A stretch of 32,000 bases of DNA from NCBI RefSeq assembly GCF_000341395.1, contig NC_020304.1:2850001-2882000 (forward strand). The letters run 5' to 3'. The stretch is from Desulfocapsa sulfexigens DSM 10523 (GTDB taxonomy: Bacteria; Desulfobacterota; Desulfobulbia; Desulfobulbales; Desulfocapsaceae). The position numbers were made by a program, and so were the translations under genes. A model generated the notes under the pieces. The model saw only the letters and a list, made by a program, of their open reading frames with translations, had not been told where the DNA came from and ran no database searches. This document shows positions 25,355 to 32,000 of this stretch, one piece after another (within the stretch, counting starts at the first letter, position 1; each line of letters begins with the position of its first letter).

Positions 25355-27085
25355 ATGAGAATTGACACAAAATTTACAAAGAGAAACCTGCAGGCAAGAG
25401 GACTTGAGCCTGCAGACTGTGTCTTGAAAAATTGTCGCATAATTGATGTCTTCTGTGGAGAAATTGTACATGCCGATGTGGCAATCTGTGAAGAAACAAT
25501 TGTTGGAATAGGCGACTATTCAGGAAAAAAAGAGATCGATTGTAAAGAGGCATTTGTCGCTCCAGGGTTTATGGAGGGGCACATCCACATAGAAAGTTCC
25601 ATGCTTAGTCCCAAACAATTCGTCAAAACTGTTTTACCGCACGGTACAACAACTGTCGTTTGTGATCCCCATGAAATTGCAAACGTTGCAGGAGTTGAAG
25701 GCGTGAAATATGTACTTGAAGAAAGTAAAGACCTTCCCTGTGCAATTTATGTGATGGCTCCCTCGTGTGTTCCTGCAACTCACCTTGAAAATTCTGGAGC
25801 AAGGCTTTCCTCAAGCGATCTTGAACTATTGTTAAAGTTACCTCGGGTGATTGGTGTGGCTGAGATGATGAATTACCCAGGTGTATTATTTCAAGACGAG
25901 GAAGTCGTGAGGAAAATTTGTCTGGCCAGGGAAAGTGGTGTTCCGATTGATGGTCATGCTCCAGGGGTAAGTGGAAAAGACCTCCAGGCCTATATTGGAA
26001 GTGGTATATTCTCCGATCATGAATGTGCCACCGCAGCTGAGGCTCTCGAAAAGCTTTCCTCCGGAATGTTTTTGTTTATGCGGGAAGGGTCAACCGCAAA
26101 GAATCTTGAAGACCTTCTTCCGGCTGTTACTGAGAAGAACAGTCACCGATGTCTACTGGTAACAGATGATTGTCACCCTGACGAATTGTTGAAAGAAGGA
26201 CATCTTGATCGGATCCTCCGCAGGGCAATTTCCCTTGGACTTGACCCTGTAATAGCAATTCAAATGGTTACTATTAATGTTGCCAGTTACTTTAGGTTGT
26301 ACGATCGAGGTGCGATTGCCCCTGGGTATCGCGCAGATCTCGTTGTGTTTGATGATTTAATGGATATTAGAATTAAGACTGTTTTCAGCGGCGGAACACA
26401 GTTAGATGAAATAATGTGTAACGAATCCCTTTTCTCCAAGTCCCTGACAGAAGGTTATCCTTCAGTACTCAATTCGGTTCATGTGGACACATCGAAAATT
26501 TCCTTTAAAATTCCAGCCGTCGGTAAGATTATCAAGGTGATTGGGGTTAGGAAGGATCAATTGGTCACTGATTCTCTTAGACTCCCTGCGTTGATTGACG
26601 ACGGTTTTGTGCTTTCCGATATTTCCAGAGATATAATAAAAATTGCTGTTATAGAGCGCCACCATACAACAGGAAATATGGGACTTGGATTTGTTCATGG
26701 GATTGGTTTGCAGGAAGGGGCACTCGCGTCAACTGTGGGACATGATTCTCACAATATTACAGTTATTGGTGTAGATGATATGGATATGGAGATTGCTGTT
26801 CAGGCTATTGTCAAGCAGGGTGGGGGACTTGCAGTAGTGAAAAATGGAGAAGTGGTTGAGAGACTCGTGTTGGATGTGGCCGGTCTTATGTCAACGGATG
26901 AAGCTCATGTATTAGCTGATAAATTTTCCAATTTACTGATGGCTGCTCTAAAATTGGGCGTTCAAGTTTCTGATCCATTTATGTTGATGAGTTTTCTCGC
27001 TCTTCCCGTGATTCCTCATTTAAAGATTACAGACATGGGATTAGTTGATGTTGATGCCTTTTCCCACACGGATCTCTGGCTTTGA
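25355..27085 (+). CDS. ade: adenine deaminase
   Basis: APGFMEGHIHIESSML is the metal-binding HxH motif. DPHEIANV and IDGHAPG are present. Length is 576 aa. Confidence 0.88.
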   Translation: MRIDTKFTKRNLQARGLEPADCVLKNCRIIDVFCGEIVHADVAICEETIVGIGDYSGKKEIDCKEAFVAPGFMEGHIHIESSMLSPKQFVKTVLPHGTTTVVCDPHEIANVAGVEGVKYVLEESKDLPCAIYVMAPSCVPATHLENSGARLSSSDLELLLKLPRVIGVAEMMNYPGVLFQDEEVVRKICLARESGVPIDGHAPGVSGKDLQAYIGSGIFSDHECATAAEALEKLSSGMFLFMREGSTAKNLEDLLPAVTEKNSHRCLLVTDDCHPDELLKEGHLDRILRRAISLGLDPVIAIQMVTINVASYFRLYDRGAIAPGYRADLVVFDDLMDIRIKTVFSGGTQLDEIMCNESLFSKSLTEGYPSVLNSVHVDTSKISFKIPAVGKIIKVIGVRKDQLVTDSLRLPALIDDGFVLSDISRDIIKIAVIERHHTTGNMGLGFVHGIGLQEGALASTVGHDSHNITVIGVDDMDMEIAVQAIVKQGGGLAVVKNGEVVERLVLDVAGLMSTDEAHVLADKFSNLLMAALKLGVQVSDPFMLMSFLALPVIPHLKITDMGLVDVDAFSHTDLWL

Positions 27086-27206
27086 TGTAGCAAGAAGATA
27101 TGTATGCAAAGACTGTTAAATCAGTGTGTTAGATGAGAAGGTGGTGGCAGTGACGGAGGTTTTGCTATATCAGTATGATTTTTTTAGATAAAATAAAAAA
27201 AACATC

Positions 27207-27235
27207 TTCATATCGATATGAATCTGTCGTATACT
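27207..27235 (+). promoter_or_regulatory. putative promoter with overlapping perfect 16-bp palindrome upstream of mglBA
   Basis: TTCATA (27207-27212), a 17-nt spacer, then TATACT (27230-27235). The perfect palindrome TTCATATCGATATGAA (27207-27222) covers the -35 hexamer and part of the spacer, about 175 nt upstream of mglB. Confidence 0.35.
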
Positions 27236-27408
27236 AACTAGCGTTATGGTATCTTTGCTATGTGATTTATTTGACGAAGGAAATCTTTTTCTTCCGATTT
27301 AGAAAAGATAAAAAGAAAAATGTGGCCGCTGCCTAAGGGCTGAACGCTATATTAACAAGCTTAAGGGTCGACTGTGAAGACTCGTAATTAAGGAAAGAGG
27401 TATTTGGC

Positions 27409-27813
27409 ATGAATTATGGAATAGTCAGTCAAGAGCAGCTGGAGCAGATTGATACAATTCTGGCCAGCAAGCTCATTAAACTTGGTGTCGATTGTGTCAT
27501 CATTATAGATATGGCAGGCAATATAATCACTGCCAAAGATAACGGTGAGAGTAAATATGATGTGTATTCCTTTGCTGCTCTGGCCGCAGGAAATTTTGCA
27601 ACAGTAGATGCTATGGCCAAATTGGTTGGTGAGGCGGAGTTTTCCCTGCTTTTCCATAAAGGTCAGGAATCGAATATCCATTTCAGTAAGATTGATGATG
27701 AGTTGTTACTTATATCTATGTTTGGAAAGGACATATCTCTCGGTTTTCTAAGACTAAACGTGGTTGAAGCTATCGAACAGATCCGTAAAGTTTGGGAAGG
27801 TGGCAACGGCTGA
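27409..27813 (+). CDS. mglB: Roadblock/LC7 domain protein, MglB-like GTPase-activating partner
   Basis: 134 aa with a typical Roadblock pattern (VDCVIIIDMAGNIITA...FAALAAGNFATVDAMAKL...LLLISMF). It lies directly upstream of the mglA homologue, as in the Myxococcus mglBA operon. Confidence 0.8.
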   Translation: MNYGIVSQEQLEQIDTILASKLIKLGVDCVIIIDMAGNIITAKDNGESKYDVYSFAALAAGNFATVDAMAKLVGEAEFSLLFHKGQESNIHFSKIDDELLLISMFGKDISLGFLRLNVVEAIEQIRKVWEGGNG

Positions 27814-27876
27814 TTTAATTCTGACAGCTTTCATTTTTGTAAAAAAACAGATGCGTTTAATACCGGGGGTAATGCG

Positions 27877-28482
27877 TTGAGTTTTATTAATTTAAAAGAC
27901 AAAGTAGTTCAGGTTAAAATTGTTTATTATGGCCCTGGCAGGTGTGGTAAGACAACAAACTTGGAATATGTGAATCGTAAATTTCGTGACCAGATTCAAT
28001 CAGAAATGGTTAGTCTGAAAACACACGGGGATCGAACGTTATTCTTTGACTTTCTACCCTTTGATATGGGCCAGATTAAGGGATATGACATTAAAATTCA
28101 GCTCTATACTGTACCTGGACAGGTGAAATATAATGCTACTCGAAAACTTGTTTTAAAAGGGGTAGATGGCGTTGTTTTTGTTGCTGACGCCATGGAGAAA
28201 CAGCGCGAAAAAAATATCCGTTCACTGAACCAGTTACACGAAAATCTCCAGGCATATAAAGAATCAATCTTTAAGATTCCTCTGGTTATCCAATACAACA
28301 AGGTCGACTTGAAAGATCATGGAGTCCCGATATTGCCCACGGCAGTTCTGCGAAAAGATCTGAACAGTCGGCTGAAAGTACCGGATTTTGAAGCAAGTGC
28401 TATTACGGGATATAATGTTGCGGCAACCTTGAAAAAGATTATTTCATCAACGGTTGTTTCTATACAGAAAAAATTACTATAG
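27877..28482 (+). CDS. mglA: Ras-like small GTPase MglA
   Basis: Nearly collinear with M. xanthus MglA as I recall it. MSFIN...KIVYYGPGRCGKTTNL is the P-loop. DRTLFFDFLP carries the intrinsic Arg, YTVPGQV the catalytic Gln, LKGVDGVVFVAD follows, and YNKVD is the NKxD box. TTG start with GGGGG SD 7 nt upstream. Confidence 0.88.
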   Translation: MSFINLKDKVVQVKIVYYGPGRCGKTTNLEYVNRKFRDQIQSEMVSLKTHGDRTLFFDFLPFDMGQIKGYDIKIQLYTVPGQVKYNATRKLVLKGVDGVVFVADAMEKQREKNIRSLNQLHENLQAYKESIFKIPLVIQYNKVDLKDHGVPILPTAVLRKDLNSRLKVPDFEASAITGYNVAATLKKIISSTVVSIQKKLL

Positions 28483-28492
28483 GGAATAGACG

Positions 28493-31400
28493 GTGACACA
28501 GCAGAGCGGAAATCAATTTGATGATGATCTGACCGTTGGTTTTGATAACGATGGATCTTTTTCTACGGATTCTATAGACCTTTTTGAATTTACCAGTGAT
28601 GAAGAATCTCCCATTGCCAGGTTAAAAACGATAATTCTCTCAATTGACTGGGAAATAAACGACGAAATCCTCGGGCAACTGGAAGATGAACTTGTGGATC
28701 TCAGTGACATCTGGGCCGATGACAAAATCAAACTGGTTTACATTCAGGGCCTAAGTAAAATTGGGAAGTACATTTATAAAGAGAGGGCCAACGCTCATCC
28801 CAATTCAATTAAACTGCTCATTACCTTTTATCATAATCTGGAGAAGATTGTTTCTTCAGGAGATTTAATGAGTGAAGATGAGAAAAAGCAGTTACTTGTC
28901 GAAGATGTGAAAAAATTTGACCAATTAAAATCACAGATTGGCTCATCCGCTCCTAAAAAAGAGATGGTCGCTTCATCGGTTCCAGTTGCAGATGATATAA
29001 GTGATGGCATTTTACAATTAAAAAAACTGAAGGCTCAGGTTCTCGGGATTGACTGGGAAATTAATGATACTGAGCTACAGAAACTGAGTGATGAAGTTCA
29101 ACGCCTTGAAGGCATTTTCGCTCAAAGTAAAGCAAAATTGATCCTTCTTCAGGGAATTGGCTCGCTGGGTTCCTATATTAACAAGATGAGAAGTGGTTCA
29201 AACAGCAAAGCGTTCACCCTTCTTCATTCTTTTTATAATGCTCTTGAAACAATTTCTTCCTCCAGCCTTTCAGCTGAAGATGAAAAACGCTTACTTCTTT
29301 CTGAAGTTGAAAAATTCAAATCATTTAAGGCAGAGATTTCTCAGGTGCACGTTGGGACAGAAGAAGAAGCACGGGATGACCGTATTCCACCTGAACAAGA
29401 TGTACCCCTTGAATCTGAAATTCCCCAAGCTCCATCTAAGGAAGTCCTTCCTGTAGATAAGAGTATGGATGAAATTGGGGTGGCCGCTGATGTTGACGAT
29501 CGACTCGCCTCCGTTTTTGGCGATATCAGTGAAGATGATGGGGAGGGCGTTGATGCAAGTGCTGCTCTTCAAGGTGTAGATGTAGAAACCGAAGCGGATG
29601 ATGATTCAGAGGAAGATGCCCTTCCATATGAGGATGGTTCAATTGCTCCAGCGCTTGCAGAGGCCGATGAAGAAAGTAGTTTCAGTGTTGAAAAACTGGC
29701 TGGTGATCTTGTCGAATCAATAGAAACCGAGGTTCCCGATGATATTGTGGAATCAGAGAGTATTCTTCCGGGTGTCGATGTTGAAACTGAAGCTGATGAT
29801 GATTCCGATGAGGACGAGCTTCCGTTTGAGGGTGATGAAATTGCTCCTGCTTTAAGTGGAACGTTCAGTGATGAAGATTTTGAAAAGGATAGTCTGGACG
29901 TAACCAGTGATGATTCAGAATCCGACGACCTTGATAGCAGGTTGGACTCATTTTTTGATGATGAGGTGCAAACTTCCTCCCAAGAGTGGAGTGGTGATAA
30001 GAAAGACACAGGTGAAGAGCCTGTTGAAGAAGGTTTTGTACCAGATGAAGATGGCTTTGTTGCTGCATTAAGCGGTATTACTGAAGAAGATACCGAAGAA
30101 GATACGAAAGAAGAAGCAACAGTAAGTGATGATACTGAAAATGTTTTAGTTTCTGCTGAAGAAGAGATTCCAGCAGCACTTAGTGACTTTGCTGAAGATG
30201 ACTTCCAGCCAGTCCTTGAAGAGCCTGACTTCGCAGTAGAAGAAGAACAGACTGAAGAAGACGATTCTGAACCTGTCTTTACTGCAGTCGAGGAACCGTC
30301 TCTTCCTGAAGGAGTGTCAGAAGAGAATGTGGAAGAGCAGCTTTCATTTTTTGACGAAGAAGAATCTGGCAACTCCGAACCTGATGAGCCATCCGTTGTT
30401 GAAGACATGCTTCAAGACGAAAATCCTGAAGACCAACTTTCGTTTCTTGATGAAGAAATTCCTGCTCCAGAGTCAACAGAGTCCGCAGATGATATAGATA
30501 CGTTTTTTAACGATTACGATGATGACGTTGAGGAGGCATTATCCTACACTGATACAGATACGTCACCGACTCCTGCTCTCAGTTCTGAGCTTGAAGATGT
30601 GGACGGAGAAGAGAGTAGAGAGATTGGGGCTTCTTTCTTCGAAGATGCTGATGGACCTGAGAATACCCTTGATGAAGAAAGTCTCTCGTTTTTCGATGAA
30701 GAGAAGGAGTCTCTATTTGAAGAAGAACCTGGTGAAGCAATCGTTCTGGAAGAAGGTGATGAAGGTGATGAAATCCAGTTTACCGTTCCTGGAGAAATTG
30801 CTGCTGATGATGATTTACAAGATACTGTACTTAAAGATTCATCATTTGATGATATTATTGAATTTAATGTACCAGGAGAAGAAGATTCTTCGGAGGTACT
30901 AAATGATAGTATTGAGGATTCTGAGAGCTCTGAAGTTGTTTTTGAAGTGGTCGACGATGATGTGGAAGTCGATCCGCTTCCTGGTGAAGAGTATGCCGAT
31001 GAGTATGAAGATTTGGCAAATTCTGATCAGAAAGAAGATGTTGTGTTCCTTGAAGCCCAGGATGTTGGGTTCTCAGTTGAAGACTTTCAGGATATTAATC
31101 TTTTTATAGGACTTTTAAGGGATGATATTACAGAAGATGGTATTCAAAATGTCTTAACAGAACTTAATAGACTTAGAAATAACAGTGCTTCCACTCCCAC
31201 CATCAAAATATTCCTGCAGTTACTCTCAACGGTCTGTCAAAGTCTTGAGAAAATAACTTCTGCGGATTCCATTGCGGAAAGGCTTGAGTTGATAGAAGAA
31301 ATTTATTCCGGCCTTGAATCATGTGTTACTCCTGAAATCACAATAGAAGCGGTTCAGACGCGGTTACTCGGTTGTACCACTCGGGTATTACTTATGCAGA

Positions 31401-31645
31401 ACAATGAGGTGACGCAAACGGAAGCCCTTGTGGTTGAGGATGAAGAGGAAGTGTCCGCTGAAGTTTTAAGCAGTGTAAGTGATTCAATGGTTGATGACTC
31501 TGTCGATGATGAGGAAATATTCCCCGATGAATCTACTGAAAGAGATGATCAGCTGAGAGAGTATGTCCATGAGGAGTTAGCTGACATTAAAAAACTTTTT
31601 ATCGATGAAATTGCAGCACTTAGGAAAGAATTTATTGATAAGTAA
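28493..31645 (+). CDS. 1050-aa extremely acidic repeat protein (two N-terminal helical modules, ~600-aa D/E-rich disordered centre, one C-terminal module); no family recognised
   Basis: A single long ORF begins 10 nt after the mglA stop (GTG 28493, AGGGA 7 nt upstream). There is no signal peptide or TM segment. Internal repeats are described under findings. A strong terminator follows. Confidence 0.75.
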   Translation: MTQQSGNQFDDDLTVGFDNDGSFSTDSIDLFEFTSDEESPIARLKTIILSIDWEINDEILGQLEDELVDLSDIWADDKIKLVYIQGLSKIGKYIYKERANAHPNSIKLLITFYHNLEKIVSSGDLMSEDEKKQLLVEDVKKFDQLKSQIGSSAPKKEMVASSVPVADDISDGILQLKKLKAQVLGIDWEINDTELQKLSDEVQRLEGIFAQSKAKLILLQGIGSLGSYINKMRSGSNSKAFTLLHSFYNALETISSSSLSAEDEKRLLLSEVEKFKSFKAEISQVHVGTEEEARDDRIPPEQDVPLESEIPQAPSKEVLPVDKSMDEIGVAADVDDRLASVFGDISEDDGEGVDASAALQGVDVETEADDDSEEDALPYEDGSIAPALAEADEESSFSVEKLAGDLVESIETEVPDDIVESESILPGVDVETEADDDSDEDELPFEGDEIAPALSGTFSDEDFEKDSLDVTSDDSESDDLDSRLDSFFDDEVQTSSQEWSGDKKDTGEEPVEEGFVPDEDGFVAALSGITEEDTEEDTKEEATVSDDTENVLVSAEEEIPAALSDFAEDDFQPVLEEPDFAVEEEQTEEDDSEPVFTAVEEPSLPEGVSEENVEEQLSFFDEEESGNSEPDEPSVVEDMLQDENPEDQLSFLDEEIPAPESTESADDIDTFFNDYDDDVEEALSYTDTDTSPTPALSSELEDVDGEESREIGASFFEDADGPENTLDEESLSFFDEEKESLFEEEPGEAIVLEEGDEGDEIQFTVPGEIAADDDLQDTVLKDSSFDDIIEFNVPGEEDSSEVLNDSIEDSESSEVVFEVVDDDVEVDPLPGEEYADEYEDLANSDQKEDVVFLEAQDVGFSVEDFQDINLFIGLLRDDITEDGIQNVLTELNRLRNNSASTPTIKIFLQLLSTVCQSLEKITSADSIAERLELIEEIYSGLESCVTPEITIEAVQTRLLGCTTRVLLMQNNEVTQTEALVVEDEEEVSAEVLSSVSDSMVDDSVDDEEIFPDESTERDDQLREYVHEELADIKKLFIDEIAALRKEFIDK
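28613..29341 (+). repeat. intragenic tandem duplication of a ~110-aa predicted helical module (aa 41-150 and aa 173-283)
   Basis: Copy 1 reads IARLKTIILSIDWEINDEILGQLEDEL...KLVYIQGLSKIGKYI...LLITFYHNLEKIVSSGDLMSEDEKKQLLVEDVKKF. Copy 2 reads ILQLKKLKAQVLGIDWEINDTELQKLSDEV...KLILLQGIGSLGSYI...TLLHSFYNALETISSSSLSAEDEKRLLLSEVEKF. Confidence 0.8.
29573..29854 (+). repeat. two copies of an 84-nt (28-aa) acidic core motif spaced exactly 198 nt apart
   Basis: GVDVETEADDDSEEDALPYEDGSIAPAL (29573-29656) and GVDVETEADDDSDEDELPFEGDEIAPAL (29771-29854) share 22 of 28 residues. The first 12 codons are identical at protein level with 5 synonymous nucleotide differences. Confidence 0.85.
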
Positions 31646-31671
31646 TTAGCGAATTTATAACAGATAAAGAA

Positions 31672-31703
31672 GACCTGCTCCGATGGAGCGGGTTCTTTTT
31701 TTT
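31672..31703 (+). terminator. rho-independent terminator after the acidic-protein gene
   Basis: gacctgctcc (31672-31681) pairs with ggagcgggtt (31685-31694), giving a ~10-bp stem with G-U wobbles and a short loop. TTTTTTTT follows at 31696-31703. Confidence 0.7.
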
Positions 31704-31825
31704 GTTTTTATCGTCTATTTTCCACGAGAATTTTATAAAAACACCATGATCCTGGTGAATTATCGTTTTTTTCATACATTAATAGCGTAAGCTATCTGTT
31801 TACAAAATGATATTGAGAGATTTGA

Positions 31826-32000
31826 TTAGCGGTTCAGTCCTATAACGGACAGGATTGCATAGAAAAAGAGCCAGCTGAGAACAAAGAGAAGGAGAAGAGT
31901 GAATTTACTGTTTTTCTTTTGTAGATACGCAATGGCAAAAAGTAGGGACGCAGGGAAGATCACTCCAGCGAGTAATGGTGGCAGGTAACGTAGGAGTTCC
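31826..32000 (-). CDS. 3' end of a minus-strand CDS entering from the right edge; hydrophobic C-terminus, probable membrane protein
   Basis: My manual translation of the reverse strand is open for 57 codons to TAA (plus-strand tta at 31826-31828): ...LPPLLAGVIFPASLLFAIAYLQKKNSKFTLLLLFVLSWLFFYAILSVIGLNR. It is below the ORF-track size cut-off. Confidence 0.4.
   Translation of the reverse strand, partial: ELLRYLPPLLAGVIFPASLLFAIAYLQKKNSKFTLLLLFVLSWLFFYAILSVIGLNR

Noticed and set aside
27388-27681. 97-aa minus-strand ORF overlapping mglB
   Set aside because: It is antisense to a gene with a clear Roadblock/LC7 pattern, and it has no signals of its own.
29569-30408. 279-aa Ser-rich ORF on the minus strand inside the acidic-protein gene
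   Set aside because: It is the mirror image of a GAA/GAT-rich low-complexity coding region (antisense TTC/ATC/TCx codons). It has no start context, and its composition (poly-Ser/Thr) is exactly what antisense reading of D/E repeats gives. The sense ORF is 1050 aa with an SD and a terminator.
30519-31109. Two plus-strand ORFs (127 aa and 68 aa, Lys/Leu/Met-rich) in an alternative frame of the acidic gene
   Set aside because: These are frame-shifted readings of GAAGAA/GATGAT repeats (AAG, ATG, TGA-free runs). They are nested entirely within the long ORF and have no independent signals.
1-32000. Scan for tRNA/rRNA genes, CRISPR repeats, IS elements, integrases, prophage or toxin-antitoxin/defence genes
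   Set aside because: No regularly spaced direct repeats, no transposase- or integrase-like ORFs and no tRNA-like cloverleaf candidates were seen in the intergenic regions. The window is core-genome in character, apart from possibly the AT-richer ParB-like gene.

Overview
The window reads as a chromosomal, mostly housekeeping stretch of a Gram-negative anaerobe. Gene content and order suggest Desulfobacterota (delta-proteobacterial type), but that is inference only. All family calls come from motif recognition in the supplied translations; no searches were run.

Gene order, left to right:
- 3' end of an unrecognised CDS.
- Minus strand: rnd followed by a DNPH1/Rcl-like nucleotide N-hydrolase.
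- yejB/yejE-like ABC permease pair.
- A complete Mla lipid-transport operon, mlaE-mlaF-mlaD-mlaA-mlaC. It ends in a translationally coupled cNMP-binding-domain protein where MlaB would normally be.
- yceD-rpmF-plsX-fabH-[acyl-CoA dehydrogenase-etfB-ferredoxin::etfA]-fabG-acpP-fabF-rpiB.
- glyA, nrdR, ribD.
- Minus strand: a divergent orphan ParB-like protein, an IHF/HU gene and a solitary pilC.
- A small PxxKW-type Cys-rich protein.
- Minus strand: tatD-yggS.
- Adenine deaminase.
- An mglB-mglA (Roadblock/LC7 plus Ras-like GTPase) pair, followed 10 nt later by a 1050-aa extremely acidic repeat protein.
- A partial membrane-protein CDS at the right edge.

No tRNA, rRNA, CRISPR array, IS element or integrase was seen.

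The two best candidates for undescribed biology are:
1. The mglB-mglA-polyacidic scaffold operon (27409-31645).
2. The ACAD/EtfB/Fd-EtfA module welded into the type II fatty-acid synthesis operon in the slot normally held by fabD (11113-14282).

Secondary leads are the orphan ParB-like protein with a degenerate GERR motif, the cNMP-binding protein coupled to mlaC, and the PxxKW Cys-rich small protein.
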